Assembly (NCBI GenBank): GCA_051047955.1 | Contig: JBPGPT010000012.1 | Span: 124,001-188,000 of the forward strand | DNA: 64,000 bases | Source: Cystobasidiomycetes sp. EMM_F5 | Lineage: Eukaryota | Reading direction: 5' to 3' | Shown: positions 1 to 15,214 of the stretch, piece after piece | Numbering within the stretch: the stretch's first letter is position 1 | Layout: the number at the start of each line of letters is the position of its first letter | The notes under the pieces: generated by a model | The model's input: only the letters and a program-made list of their open reading frames with translations | The model's database searches: none | Told to the model about the DNA's origin: nothing | Position numbers and translations under genes: made by a program

Positions 1-419
1 TCGATCCCGCCCTGTTGCGGCCAGGCAGATTGGACAGGAAGATCGAGTTTCCATTACCCAACAGAAGGGAAAAGCGCCTCATCTTTCAGACAATTGCGGG
101 CAAGATGTCCTTGTCCCAGGACGTCGATCTGGAGGACTATGTGTCCAGACCCGACAAATTATCAGCGGCGGAAATTGCCAGCATATGTCAAGCAGCCGGC
201 CTCCAGGGTATGTATTGACAGATATTATTATGAGACCCTACTGATCTATGTTATCAAAGCCGTCCGAAAGAATCGGTACGTCATTCTGCCAGCCGATTTC
301 GAGGAAGCTTGGAAGCAAACGGTGAAGCGGAGTGATGAGACACTCGAATTCTGTAAGTTGCTCTCATATCTCTATCGAGGCGATATCCGCATCCTCACGC
401 GTCGCTCACAGACCGGTAG
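1..419 (+). CDS. RPT3: 26S proteasome regulatory AAA-ATPase subunit 6B (3' part; runs off window start)
   Basis: [13 protein letters not shown]...[33 protein letters not shown]...EF|YR*; GT-AG introns 208-259 and 353-411. Confidence 0.93.
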
Positions 420-560
420 TGGCATGTCATTGGATCAGAAGGCTACCGCAGCTATTACATGTATCTTCAAACTTCCTGATCTATGCGATTGTCTACGCAA
501 CAACAAGCTCAAACCACGGGCCACCACTGAGCCGACTGATGAAACTGTACTGACTGCCGA

Positions 561-3500
561 TCAAGCTGCTACGTAATGCCGAATTGCTTTTTCGAGAAGA
601 CCAGCTTCTTTGATTGTCCATTCCTTCTCACACTCTGCTAGAATTTTGTCCCTCTTCTCTGGTACTATTTTTTTGACCTTGACGCTGAACAGTCCGCTGA
701 TAGGCTTATGATCAGAGATATCCGCGGGCCAATCACGATACGCCAGTGGCGAGACCTTGCTACCATTCTGTAGTGGATTATGGGTCCTATACAGGATACG
801 ATCGCACCACGCTGGTATACGTTCTTTTGCGGAGGTGTCGTAATTGTCGGTACCTCTTCAGTATGTTATCAGCTCGGTTTAGGCGCGATGCATGAGACAG
901 CGACTTACGGATCATATTTGTAAGTTGGCGCGAATTTGATATCCGCTTCGCAAAAGCTGCGAAGTCGAAACCCTCGATTTGTCTTCATCTCCTTCAGTAG
1001 TTGATCGTGCTCTAGCAGCAGACTGTAATTCGCTGCTCGAACATTAGCCTGTACTACGCTCTTTGGCAAGTCGATGCGGTAGTTGAGATCCCCGCTTAGA
1101 AAGCATATTTCATGTTCGAACACAGTCTGACCCGGTCCATTGATGAATACTCCTGCTGACCGACTGGATGGCTGCAGGAATGCAGACTTGCTTTCGAGTA
1201 TATCGATGAGATCCTTGTTGCGTTGTCGCTTCGCACGTTGTCCCGCCTGTCCTTGCAGAGTCAGCCGAGAATCAGGATAGCGAATGCCTCAGAACCGACA
1301 GCTAGATGGCAATTGAGGAAGCAGATCGAACTATCGTCGAGAATGAGTCGTGCAAGAATCCCGCCCTGCTCCACAAGGTGAGTTGTGATCAGGTCAAATT
1401 GGCTTGTTGCGACCTACCTTGTTGCCGTATCGACCTCCCATTCCAGTCTTGACCTTTACGCTTGCAATGTCCGCTACACCTCTCATCTCGGTGTTGCGCA
1501 CAAAGATGCACATCAAGAGCCCCACCATGCTCTCGGCTATGATGACGGAGTACGGCGCAGTGGCCGGCAATGCTGTTCGTACCGCTTGCGCGAGGCAATC
1601 ATGCCATCTCTGGTATTGATGAGAGACATGATCTTGAAACTTGGTCTCCTGCTTCTTCAGCCCAAAGAGCATTGATTCTATACAAGAGCATCAGTTTCTG
1701 TACCTAGCAATGCCGCACCGGACTCACTGGCTGTGAGTTTCTTGTTCTCCAGATCAATGACCTCCTGCAAGCTGAAAGCAATAATCTCGGGGGGAGAGGT
1801 AGAAGCCGAAGCTGCGTCAAAGCTGGAAGTGAGCACGTCCTTCAGGAATGACGCACTCCTGTTCGAATTGAACAGCTCGGCAGGCTTGCTAGAATCGATG
1901 TTCCAAGAGCACACCAAACTCTTGATCTGCCGAAATTCGCAAAACTTGTTTTCCTTCAGAAGCATAGTCTTCTCCAGCCAATCAATCTGGAATAGGCCGT
2001 CCCATATCCCCATGCTCTCCCTACAGAATGTCACGACATGGAGTTTACCTCTCTAGGGCCAGAAGTTCGTCAGCCTAGACATCTACGGACATCATGATCG
2101 GTCCTCACTTCACGCAACGTGGCGAAATCGATTCGGATGTCGAGTATAGTTTCATCGGAAGCCTTCCAGGCCTTGACGACTCGCCAGGGAGAATACCTCA
2201 CATCGTAAACATGGACAATACCTTCCCTGTTTCCAGCCCACAGGTATCCAAGCACACCTTGCACTGCGGTAATGGCATACTGCGATATCTTCAAAACCGA
2301 CATACACTCGAACGTGCTGGCATTCCATATGGAAATGTGGCCAGAGTCATGAGAAAAGTAGACGCTGTCGGGAATGTGTGCGATTGTCGTGCCCGCAAGA
2401 ACTGCCCCGATCTGACCAGCGTCATCGGGAGTATAAACAGTTTTCGGAGTGGGATTGAGGGGCATTCCAGGCGCCAGCTCGTGCACCCTGACTCCCGGAG
2501 CTCGCGCCTCTGCGCCGTGGTGATGGCGATGAGGGCCCTGTGCCGTCCATACCTGCGAACCTATAGCGAAGAGGCAGTTGTACTTTTCCACAATGCGTTG
2601 TGTACGCGGTTGCACCTCAAGTGAGACTCCGGGATCGGTAAACTCATCCACTTGGTCGTACACACTGCCTCCGCTCCAGACCTGGATCTTGCCAGTTTCA
2701 TCGATGGTTGACACGATATTTCCTGGCATTCTGTATATAGCGCATATAGCGTGAGAATGGAGGCCCGACTTGCTTCTCAAAATAGCTTTATTGGGCATGT
2801 CGACTTCAAACAGCGTTCCATCCTTCGTTCCCACCCATATGATCGAAGAAGGCGTAGCTTGGCCTTCAACGTCCACCTTTTCAACTGCAGTAACTTTGTG
2901 TTCTGCCGGAAGATTGATTATAGCTATACTGTTGCCATTATAGCTGTCCCATAAGCGGACGTGCGAAGTCGCCGTTACGGCATAGAGGCCGCAGATGGCG
3001 AAAGCGTGCACGGGATGTCGCATCAAGACTCCCCTTCGCGGTAAGATGTGAGGTGGGCGCCTATTGGCAAAAGTGCTGTCTGGCATCTCGAGGGCCCGCT
3101 TGACAGTCTCGTCGTCCTGAACCTCTTCGCAGTCCGAATCATCCTCTGGAACGGATATGCTCTGATCGGAAGTCGCTTTGGATCCGTGATGAGGCAGGAC
3201 TGAAATCGTGCTAGCCGTTGCATCTGCAACTTTCCTGACGGGCGGGGGAAGAGGCACGAAAGGGGTTCTTGTATCAGTTGGTGCGGACTGTACACCAATT
3301 GCAGTCAAGGACCGCGGCCGTCCCGAAGGTATGGCGGGCGCCTGTCTTTGTGATAAAACGGTATCCGCCGAGTTGAGTCCAGGTTGCTCGACGGATATGG
3401 TCTGCTGTCGAGATGGCAGCGGTGGCAATGGGCGCGAGGCCGAATTATTGGCATCGCCTGATACGTGCGTGTATGATGATGCATCCAGACGCACTGGTTG

Positions 3501-4404
3501 CATGCTACTAGCTGTATCGTTCGTTTTTAGTAGCGTCATCAGGCCGACAATGACAACAAACCTGAGGCTCACCCAACGTCTTGCTGCGGAGAAGCAAGGT
3601 TGCTGCCTCCACGCCCTGGTCATCGCGCTTGGAGACCGGTCTGGGGGACGTGATCGCGGGCGGGGAGCGAGTTAGGACCTTCGCCGTGCTGGGAGCCATC
3701 TGCGCGCCATTTGCGTTTGCTTCAACGCGAGTAGACCCTGCTACATTGAGAGGCAACATTGGCTCATCAGGTACATCGTGTAGTATTTGTACAGCAGCAA
3801 CATCAGAGTCGAGTTCAATTGTCGGGAACGTAGACTGCTTGCGTCCACCGCGCGGCGACGGTACTGGAGGGGGAGTCTTGGACCGTTGAAGCACCGGCGG
3901 TTGTATATCGTCAGGCGGAGACAGAAGGCTGCGCTCTGCCACATCTGTGCTTTTTCGCTGCGGTCGAGAAGAGATGGGTACAGGAGGAGGCTGCAATGAT
4001 TGTGCTGCTACCGGCGAGGATGTGCTAACAAACATGTTGATAGTGGCGCCGTCGCTCAGCACGGTGGAGGGTTTCAATGATTCTTCTTTCTCTTCCGCTA
4101 GAGTATTGTAAAGCTTCGGAGTGAGTCCCATATCCGCAGCGCTTCCAGCCATGCGGGGCAGCGGACTCGTCAGAGGACTCGTGTTGGCACTCGACGCCGC
4201 CGTCCGCAGCTTCAAAGGCTTTGCAGGTTTGGCCGGAGCATCATTAGAAGGAATCGGCTGCCCATCATTTCTCAAGGCCACCGGTGCGCTAGCTGGTCGT
4301 GCAATGCTGCTGCCGCCATTCGACTTTGTCGCCAACTGCTCGAACCTCGACGCCAGCGAGCTGACCGACGTTGGCTGAGTACTGCCGTCTGGACTGCCCA
4401 CCAT
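561..4404 (-). CDS. Inositol polyphosphate 5-phosphatase with Pro/Ser-rich N-terminus and WD40-like middle region (multi-exon)
   Basis: Catalytic motifs SWNID, FSLQEVIDL, FLSGDLNYRID, FAPTYKYD, PAWCDRILY across ORFs 905-1123, 1394-1672, 1678-2034; stop TGA at 561-563. Confidence 0.9.
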
Positions 4405-4589
4405 GGCTGCGAACAGCGTGCCATCATGTCAAAAATCTTAGCAGCATGGCATCTCTATCATTTTGTCGTCGGAAAACAGCAATGACGGCTATTTATGGTC
4501 TGAATCCAATGCGAAACAAATATCGAATGCATTTTACACCAACTGCAAACCACTCACAACCATACAAGCTCACGAAATTGGAGATCCGT

Positions 4590-6671
4590 CTACTCTCTCT
4601 GCCTCTTCCCGCCGCGATCATCGTCGCGTCGGTCAAGGCCGTGCTTCTTTGGCGGTGCCTTTGTCGCTTCCGTCAAGAAGGCATTCACACCAAATGGATC
4701 CGCAACTGGCGCATCCTTTTCAAACTGTACTGGACCTTCTCGGACCTCCTGCAGTTCTGCACCAGCAAACTTGCCCTGTCCAAGCCCAAATCGGTCATTG
4801 CGCATGGAAGATTCAATGCCTTCAGCAGTACCCGCTAACCCTTGGTCGTCATTGCCGGTGAAGTCGCTGCGGTTGTAGATGGCAGCAGCGGCAGCTTGTC
4901 CAGAGAAGAGTGGCTTGTCGTAGAGGTTGTATGTATCGTCATCGCCAAAGGAATGCGAGAATTGCTCCTGGTTGAAGAGGCGCGAATCGAGCATGCTCTC
5001 TTTTGACATTGTCGGCTTGGCAAGCCCAAGAGCCACCTTTTCACTTATATCACGGTTCTGAGCGCGGGCGAGAACTCGGGCACGCTGTTCAGTGCCCATG
5101 TTGGACATTCGCAGCTCCCTTTCTCGTTCCTGACGGCGCTCGCGACGCATGATATCTCGCTCCCTAGCCGCTTTCCTCTCTTCAGCCGTCTCGCCTTCGT
5201 CTTCGTCGCTTTGAGCACCATCACTTCCGTCTCGTGCTCCGACCGGAGTGCTGCCGCGGCGGGCACGACTGCCAGACACGGCACCGACACCTCCGTCATC
5301 GGCCTCTTCGTCTGTATCGTAGCCGACTGCGGCACGTTCTGGAGCACCCGACAGCCTGCTTGCACCAGCCGAGGTTGACGGGGCAGCAATACCGGCACGC
5401 TCATCTCGTGCTCGTTGTGCCAGTGAGCGCAGATGCTCCTCTTTATCCTCCTTCTGTTTCTCGGCAATGCGTTGTTGTAGCTGAGCTCGTTGACGGACTT
5501 CCTCTCTCGCATGCCGGTCGGCAACGTATAGCGACTCTGAGAACTGGGCAAAGCGATCATTGATGTGTATATCCTGAAGACCACGTCCATCGGCAGCTAG
5601 ACGCTTGTCCAAGGGAATAGTATAACCCTTGTTGTTCTTCCAATTTGACACGCAGGGCGGAATCATCCAGTCCTTTTGATCCTGGGCAGTCAGTTTGCGA
5701 GGCGGCGACCGCAGTATCGGAGCAGGCGGTGATGGTGGGCCGCGTGGAATCTTCTTTGCCTTGAAGCGCGGAGGCTCGAGTGGATCTTCGACCACTTCGA
5801 CCATCTTGATGATGCGCTGCTGAGTGCCATCTCCTTGGTTCTGACCGCCCGCAGCTGGTGTGTAGCGAACGTATGACACGCCTGCCTGCGACGAGGGCAC
5901 ATTTTTCGGATTTGCTGCCTTGATTTTGCCATTGAGGAGCTTTTCGAGTGCAGCTTGTGTGCGTGCGGCCGTGTTGGCTACATCGTCTTCGCTCGGCCTC
6001 TCCATCACAGCATTGTCGACATCAGTTCGATGAGCGAGCGGAACGAGATCCTTAAAGGAGGCCTGGACTTTGCGCCCTGCGCGGTGACCTTGTTGCGCAA
6101 TCGCATCGCTACAGCAAGTAAGTAAGCGGGAGGTCTAGGCAGCTTCGTAAGTATAGTACCCACTATCTAATTTTCCCCTCGCCATCAACTTGCAGCGCTA
6201 GGGTGTTGCTGTTTGTCTACCGAGTAATGATTACATCAGCAGCGTCTTGTCAAGCGCACTACCCTCTGAAGCTCACTGTTCGCTTTCTCCCCAGGTTTAG
6301 CGGAAATTGAGCTCGGTGGATCTCTGGGCTGTATCGCGACGACCGCACAGACGTCCACTATCAGTTTGTGAGCCTTAGGAATAGTAATACGACCCTCACT
6401 AAGCTCCTCCATCTCCATAATCCTCTGGCTTTGACGGAATCCAGCCTTTTCGTGACCCATACGGCGGCGGTCTCGAGCTCACTAGAGCGGTACTGCCCGT
6501 CGTCGCTGCACTTCCCGCACCACCTGAAGATATCGCTGCCTGCTTCTGCCCTGCCGGCACCGGCTTGCCCGCTCCTGCTCGCTGTTGGCTGCGATGAGTC
6601 TGCTCCTCGACAATCGCGACCTCCTCCTGGTGGATGGGCGCCGGCAGGACTGCAGAGAGCATGGTAGCCAT
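4590..6671 (-). CDS. PRP45: Pre-mRNA splicing factor SNW/SKIP
   Basis: DPLEPPRFK, IPPCVSNWKNNKGYTIPLDKRLAADG (SNW motif), RDISEKVALG; N-terminal exon GWIPSKPEDYGDGGA. Confidence 0.95.
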
Positions 6672-7004
6672 TGTTCAGAAGTAAAGAGCTGGGGTGCCCC
6701 TTTGAGGTGCTATCTAGGTTGTGGTATTGATGCAGAGTCAGTCCAGAGTTCAGAGACGGCCAATAGTAATGGCAAGCTGAAAAGGGACAGCGCCCGAGCG
6801 ATATCGTAATTCCCACGATATATTCTATCATGCAACATACTACAGTTCATCGACTTGCCCAAGACACTAGCACATACGCTCGCAAAGTAACGAATTCCAA
6901 AGCTGCAAGACCATTTGCAAATACCTAGCCAATCCAAGGTCGAATGATGAGCGAGTCACAAGATTACGTATCCAGTACATTGAAACGACGTCGGACGAGC
7001 CGGC

Positions 7005-8124
<1,120 letters not shown>

Positions 8125-8261
8125 GGCTAGGGCGATATTGTGCGTGCAGTGTGAGCCAGTATCGCTTGGACGGCCTCAGGTATTTCCCAGCAATTACCCC
8201 AGTCGTTGGCTCGGTTGTATCGCATTCAAGCTTCGTTTAGCGACAAAACGACCAGACCGTT

Positions 8262-10205
8262 ATGAAGGTCACCGATATTATTTCACAGAGGCGGCATGAC
8301 GAACCATACTATACGTTCGAGGTGAGCGAAGGGACTGCCCGGTCTGACATCAAGCAGCTCCAGCCTGACGGGCGCGCATTCTGTAGATATTTCCACCAAA
8401 GACGACGCAGGGTACAGCCAACCTGCTGGCACGGCTCGAGCGGATGCTAGCGACGCTGCACCCAGCTTGGATACACGTAACTTGGTCGGCGGGCGGTACT
8501 ACCTACGAAAAGAGCTTGGATCTCGCTCGAGCGGCTCACAAGCTGGGTGCCGAAGTGTGTCTGCACATAACATGTACAAACATGGAGCGGAGGAAGCTCG
8601 ATGAGACTTTGGAGGTATGTTTGTCAATCCTTGCAACAAGGGACTTCGTGATTGACCATCGGATGATTTGTAACAAACCAGGCATTGAAAGAAGCCGGTA
8701 TTCGCAATATTCTGGCACTCCGAGGTGATGCACCAAGAGGCGAAGAGTACTGGGTAGCAAGCGATCCAGAGTTTCAACACGGTAGTGACTTGGTCCGATA
8801 CATCCGGCGACACCACGGCGATTACTTCTGCGTTGGAATCGCAGGATATCCGGAAGGTCACTGCGACTCGAGCGACAAGCAGGCTGATACAAAGTATCTC
8901 GTAGAGAAGCAGACTGCAGGTGCAGACTTTATAATCACGCAGCTCTTCTATGACACGGACGCCTTTGCGGCATGGCAAGCAGATGCTCGAAAGCAAGGGG
9001 TCACAATTCCCATCCTGCCCGGCATTATGCCCATTCAGACGTTCGGCGGCTTCAGTCGTATGACACACATGTGCAGGACTTTTGTACCAGACACAGTTTT
9101 GGCCGGTTTGGACCCCATCAAAGGAGACGACGCAGCCGTCAAAGACTATGGCGTTCAATTGGCCACCCAGATGATTCGAACAATGTACGAGCAAGGTGTC
9201 CGTGGCTTTCACTTTTGCACGTTGAACCTGGAGAAGAGTGTGCATCGGATACTGCAAGATCTCAATTGGGTGGAGGACGATGAACACCGCCAGTACCAGA
9301 AGATAAACGGTGTTAACGGTCATCATTCAGCGGAACTACCGAACGGTCATATGAGTATTCCAAGAGTATCAGCACTGAAATCCGCCGCTTCAGCCACAGA
9401 TCCTCGTCGGAGAACAGACTCGCCAACATCCTGGGACGAGTATCCGAATGGTCGTTTTGGCGATGCGCGTTCTCCTGCATACGGCGATCTCGACGGGTGG
9501 GGCGTATCACTCAAAATGACACCATCAGAGGCGCTGCGCAATTGGGGTACTCCAAAAGAATATGCGGACGTATCCCAGATCTTTGTTCGGTACTTGCGCG
9601 GCTCGTTGTCTGCCATCCCATGGTCGGAGGAGCCTCTGCGCAGCGAGACAAACTCGATCCTACCTCGCCTGCTTGAACTTAATACTCAGAAAAATTGGTG
9701 GACAGTCGGTTCCCAACCTGCCGTTGACGGAGTCGAGTCCGAAGACTCGATTCACGGCTTCGGTCCAGCGGGAGGATATGTTTACCAGAAAGCTTTCGTG
9801 GAGTTCTTTTGTGATCACGAAGATGTCTTGCGAATCCAAGCGAAAGCGAAAGAGGTTGAACAAAAGACAGGTCGCCGGAAAGTGACCTTTTACGCTGCTT
9901 CGAAAGCAGTTGCTGCGAGCGGGAAGGGAATCGCCACAAACATGCAGATTGGAGAGGCAAATGCTGTCACATGGGGTATCTTCCCGGGGAAGGAGATTGT
10001 GACTACTACTCTGATAGAGGAGATGTCTTTTACTGCTTGGGCAGAGGAGGCCTTCTCCATCTGGACTGAGTGGGAGCACTTGTATCCTCTGCAAACGGCA
10101 AGTAGACAGCTTCTTGAACGGGTAGGTCAGTCGCGGTGGCTCATCAGTGTGGTACATCATGATTATAAGGATGCAGAAGGATTATGGCAGTTCTTGTTGT
10201 CGTAA
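8262..10205 (+). CDS. MET12: Methylenetetrahydrofolate reductase (MET12-type)
   Basis: FE|YFPPKT, VTWSAGG, LHITCTN, NILALRGD, IITQLFYD, FHFCTLN, regulatory domain WDEYPNGRFGDARSPAYG. Confidence 0.92.
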
Positions 10206-10292
10206 AATTGGCTTTGCAGAGTGAATGTACAAGCAACATGCGCATCTGCTTGCGGCACTCTTCTAAGATTCGTCAAATCACTCAGTCAAGCT

Positions 10293-11661
10293 TCAGATGC
10301 TCAATTCCATGTCTTCCTCTCCCAAATCACCCTGATCCTGCTCAGCATTCTCGCGGTCCTCGTCTGTTTCCGAAGAATTCGATGTCGAAGGTGGGAACGA
10401 TGGGGAGCGCGGCTGCGCTCGGGGTCGTCTAGCATTGTTATCGTCATTTGGCGTATCTGTGCTTGAGACTTGCTCATTCCCGTCATCGTGTCCATTATAG
10501 GTCGAATCTTCCAATCCGTAGCTGGCCTCTTCTGCTTCGGGTATGTCGGCGTCCAAATCTCGTGTGCCAGTCTGCATATGACGATGTGATGCACCTCCTG
10601 TAGATGGGCCTGCTGCGCCAACGGCATGAGCAGCTGTTGCACCATTGGCCGAATTACCTCTGATCATGGCGCTTGCGCTATATCGAGGTGCGACAGCTGT
10701 ACTCGTACCGCCTCCATTTGATGATGATGTGCTGTAACGATCTCGGCCGCCTGCAGGCGGAGCTCTGGCAGGAAGCGGAAGCGGTCCAACACCGATCGAG
10801 TCTCTGCTGTTGGGAGGGCCGTACATGCTAGCTCCGGAAGCACGTCTAGCCATGTCGGAAGGCCCCGGTGCACCCTGTCCACTCTGTCGGGACGACCTCC
10901 TCCGCGTTGCGCGACCGTAACTTGATGAGCGAGGGCGCGATGGTTCAGGATCTCGACTGTGCCGGTCTGAACGCCGGCGTCTCGTAACAGGAGCTGTTGC
11001 GATACCGTCCTGCTCGGGGTCATATTCCGCTTCGCCTTCAGTGTTGATGCCGCTGAGCGTTGGCTCCATTACGCTGGAAGTGGGTACGGCATCGCCATCT
11101 ACGCGTTGTCGGACCGCTCCATTATCGTGTTCGCCAAGAGTCGCAGCTCTTGCCTCCTCATTGATTGCTTCATCCTGTTGTAATATATGATATCAGCAGG
11201 CCGTCACATGTGGACTCGATGCCTTGTAAATACATCAGCTTCGGCTTCTTGATTCATGCTCTTGCCGACCGGAACCAGAGACGAGTACCCATACGTTCGG
11301 TGTGCATCTTGCTGGATATCATCTGCATCAGCTGCCGTACTCAGCTTTGCGAAACCGCCCTAACCCTGGCTTCGTATTCTTGCTCGTCGTCGCTGATGGT
11401 TAATGCTTCCGACTGATAATCCCAAGCGAAGCGACCTGAAGTCCCACGCAACGCGTTCTCGAGGTCCCTACGGAGCGCATACTGCTGCTCTAACTTGTCT
11501 GCATCCCGTATCTGCGCTTTTGTCAAGCCATTATGCCGCTTTATTGGATCATACAGACTGGATAGACCTCGACGTTGACGCGGGTTGCCAGGCTCATAGA
11601 TTGTACCAGGAGCCCACAGGGTCTTGATGGACCACGCTGCATCGAGCGGCGGAAGAGTCAT
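10293..11661 (-). CDS. Acidic low-complexity protein, tentatively Apc15/Mnd2-like APC/C subunit
   Basis: Splicing gives ...EYEAR|QDAHRTYGYSSLVPVGKSMNQEAEAD|... and a later RDLDADIPEAEE motif, resembling fungal Apc15 motifs as I recall them. Confidence 0.45.
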
Positions 11662-11871
11662 GGCTATAGCATGTTGTCGCAACTGATCAAAGGCTCGTTT
11701 GCAATACTAGCGAGTCAAATACCTAGGAGCTGCAGCACACGCGATAACATAGCAATTATGGCTGCCATTCTTGACCAAATCACAACGATAGATTAGGATG
11801 ATGCTCGCGCTCGCAGTAACTCCGTTCTTGTGCTATAAAGCATTTCATAGCGAAGCGATATCGAGCTGGGG

Positions 11872-13521
11872 TCAGTCAGAATCGCTCATCCAAAGGCCCA
11901 GGCAAGTCTCAAGCATCGTTCTCTCTTCGATGCATCTTAATATGGCCAAACACATCTGGATGGATGTGGAGGGCAGCTGTCGAGAGTGTCAGCTACTCCA
12001 CGTAAAGCAAGCACAGCCAGAAATACATACATAAGCGAGATCTGCTAGCTCCGGCAAAGTCATTTGAGATCCATGCATTCGACGTAGCCTAGCATAGCAG
12101 AGTCTTGCGACTAGCTCCTCGAAAGTTTCCGTCCCGCAGGACGTGTGTAACAGGCGTAATAGCGTATAGAGACCGATGGAAAGCTCGCCATCAGCGTTGA
12201 TGTACAGCAAGTCGTGAGGTTCTTGCGCAGATGAATCCCAGAGGTAGACCTGAGCAGGATCTTCGACGCGACTGTTGCTTGAGTACGATGACGATGAAGA
12301 GGCATTTGCTACAGCCATTCTCAGGGTGAGTAGGGTAATCGCGCTCATCGACGATGTCGGCGTATCCGGCAGGGCCTGCCGCTCGACGTCGAAGAGCGTG
12401 AACCAGTGCAATTTGTCTTGACTATTGCCTTCCAGAGAGAACCCATAATTTGTGAGCAGAAACGCGTTGGAGAGGTTGCCATACGTATTGAAGACTTCTT
12501 TCGTTCCTTCCACTAACGATGGGGTGAGACACACCATCTCGACGCTTTCAACATCCGACGAGGTCGCATTAGTCCCGCTGCGACCAGCTTGCTCCGGCTT
12601 CGACGAGATGGATCCTCCCGCATCCGATTCTTCATCGTGCCGACAATTCAGGTAAGAGCCGCAAATCGGACAGACTATATCATCCGTTTGTAGCGTCACA
12701 TTCGGGTTGTAATAATGATTGAAAATATCCGCAAGCGGTGTTAGAGCGAGTCCGTGGAAATTGTCAATCGAGAAAGCACGCGACGATACTATCGAGTACG
12801 CCAACGCAAAGTCTGGCCACACGACCTGGCAACCTGTCGTGTCCAGGGTAGGCCGGATGACTTTGTCGAATATGATCTGTAGGGTAGCCTGCCAACATTG
12901 AGATTTAGACTACAAGGCTTGCTGCAGCCATCTTTGCATGCAAATCACCTTGTCACTTCCTTGTCTCTCCATCAAAGCTTGTACGTCCGTTCCCTCTAGC
13001 CAGCTCACGGCTTGAGAATCTGCCCAGAACGCCGGTAGCCCCACATGTTGCACGTCCTGTGGCAGACTTGTGATGTAACCGTAAAAGCGCGAAGAAAGTC
13101 CAGCACGAAATTCGAATACCAAAAGTGTGGCTAGGATAAGGGTTTCTGCTGATCGCTGGCAGCGTTCATCGGGGTAAGTAAACACGGCGGCCAGGAATGC
13201 TTCAAAGTGGTGCGGATACGTCAGGGCCAAGGATCCAGTCTTTTTGCTCAAGACGGCACTTTTTGGGATGGTAGCAACCACACAGTCTTCTTGCACATCT
13301 TGTAAGACATCGCTGCCTGCCGCAAAGATGCCATACGCTGGATAGTCGCGGTTGTCCGTTCCAAGCTTGATCGATAGACTAGGATGTAGCCAGACGTTGT
13401 TCGCGTCAAGCCATTTCAGCAAGCTGTCCAAACGGTCACCATCATATTCCTGAACGTCGTGATCTGCCTCGCCGACCAATTGAGTGTCATTTGGCCTGCT
13501 GCAGTCAGACGCGCCGTGCAT
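11872..13521 (-). CDS. SET-domain protein lysine methyltransferase (Rkm3/SETD6-like)
   Basis: VATIPKSAVLS, SRFYGYITSLP, VSSRAFSIDNFHGLALTPLADIFNH, CPICGS..C.H insert, EVFNTYG, LLTNYGF. Confidence 0.85.
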
Positions 13522-13638
13522 CAACGAGTTGGACTTCCGAAAAGCCAGAGCGACCACGCTGGAGCCACCGCATCGCTTCTGGCGAGACCCTGATGTCGAT
13601 ATACCGCAATCTACCTTGATGTGGTGTCTTCATTCACA

Positions 13639-15045
13639 ATGAGGCAGCTGCAGTTGCTCAAGTCGGTGTTCGCCCTGCTCCTGTTCTTTCTATTGCTGCC
13701 CGTGTCTCTAGGATGGAAGCCGCCTATACGACCGCGAAGCTATGCCGTTCTATCTACAGACTCCCTTGCTAGTGTCGCAAATATATCTTCTGATCTCTCA
13801 GACTCCATCCTCGACTACCACAATCCGAGCAGCACACTGGCAAAACTATTGATACCCAGAGCTGTTGGCTCGCAGAATCTCACCAACGTGCAAAATCTCA
13901 TAAGGGACCATTTCAGCAAGATCTCGACTACCATCGGCTCAACGTCATCGTCTTCTTCCCAGCAAATAAAGACTTGGTCACGCTTTGAGGATACGTTCGA
14001 AGCGGATACCCCTTATGGCTTTCGGACTTTTACAAATCTCGTCTTCACGCACGATCCTCAAGCGGACCGTAAATTTGTAGTCGCCGCGCATGTAGACTCG
14101 AAGTACTTTCCCGGTCCACCGGAAAGCGGTTTCGTAGGGGCAACAGACTCAGCCGTACCTTGCGGTATGATGCTGGAATTAGCCAGCACTCTGACACCTT
14201 TACTGGATCGCCTCGTCAGTAGCTGGAATTCGGACAATAAGCCTCAATATGGTGAAAGAACAACACTTCAGTTGGTCTTCTTTGACGGAGAAGAGGCTTT
14301 TAAGGAATGGACAAACACGGATTCCATCTATGGTGCAAAGTAAATTCTGACCTCAAGCCATGACGTTGCAGCTGAACTGGGTTCCCTATAGACATCTAGC
14401 GGAGCGCTGGGCCGCCTTGGAGTCGACTCCATCCCCAACCACACCACAACACGATCAACTTTACTCAATAGACGTGCTCATCCTACTAGATTTGCTAGGC
14501 ACTCCGTCTCCGTACATACGCAATTTCTTTTTGGAGACTGGTTGGCTATTCGATGCAATGGTGGACGCGGAAGATCGGCTAGCCAAAAGCGGTCTGCTAT
14601 GGCCTGGAGTTGCAGGTGAAGGGTGGACAGGAAAGACGGCACAGACAGGGCAGCAAGCAAGAAGCTTCTTCGAACGCCGTGCGAACGAGTTTAGCATCTT
14701 TGGTGCTAGAATCGAGGATGACCATTTGCCCTTTCTCGCAAAGGGAGTTCCTATTCTACATATGATTCCTGTGCCGTGAGTCGCTTCTATGGATATGCTT
14801 CTCCCCTCACTGAAGCGTTGATTACAGGTTTCCGGCCGTCTGGCATACGCTGGCAGACGATGCCTCCGCACTCGATCTGCAAACCATCCGGGTTTGGACT
14901 CGTATCATGAGAGTAGTCACGGCAGAATACTTGGCGTTGACGCCGGCAGGTGTAAGTTACCGTCGCAGCGAATCGCGGGATGAATTGGTACGCTTTGAAT
15001 GTTTCTTCGTTTGAATACAACTTTGCTAAAAGTGGACGGTAGTAA
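13639..15045 (+). CDS. Glutaminyl-peptide cyclotransferase (M28 fold), secretory pathway
   Basis: Signal peptide; AAHVDSK, GATDSAVPC, FFDGEEAF, LLDLLG, IEDDHLPF, FPAVWHTLADD. Confidence 0.92.
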
Positions 15046-15214
15046 AGGCGTGAGCTATTCGCGTATATGGCCGCAGCATATTCGTTCTAGCTGTGCAGCT
15101 CGTTGAACCAGTTTAGTGAGTTTTGAGCTTGTTGTCGTTGTTACTACTACGGTGTTCTGGAGGCCATTCGGCAGTCCATATACAGTTACGCAAGCGGCAC
15201 AGAGTTTGTCCTCG

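Noticed and set aside
11358..11367. CCCTAACCCT telomere-like sequence
   Set aside because: Only about 1.5 units, at an exon/intron junction; chance
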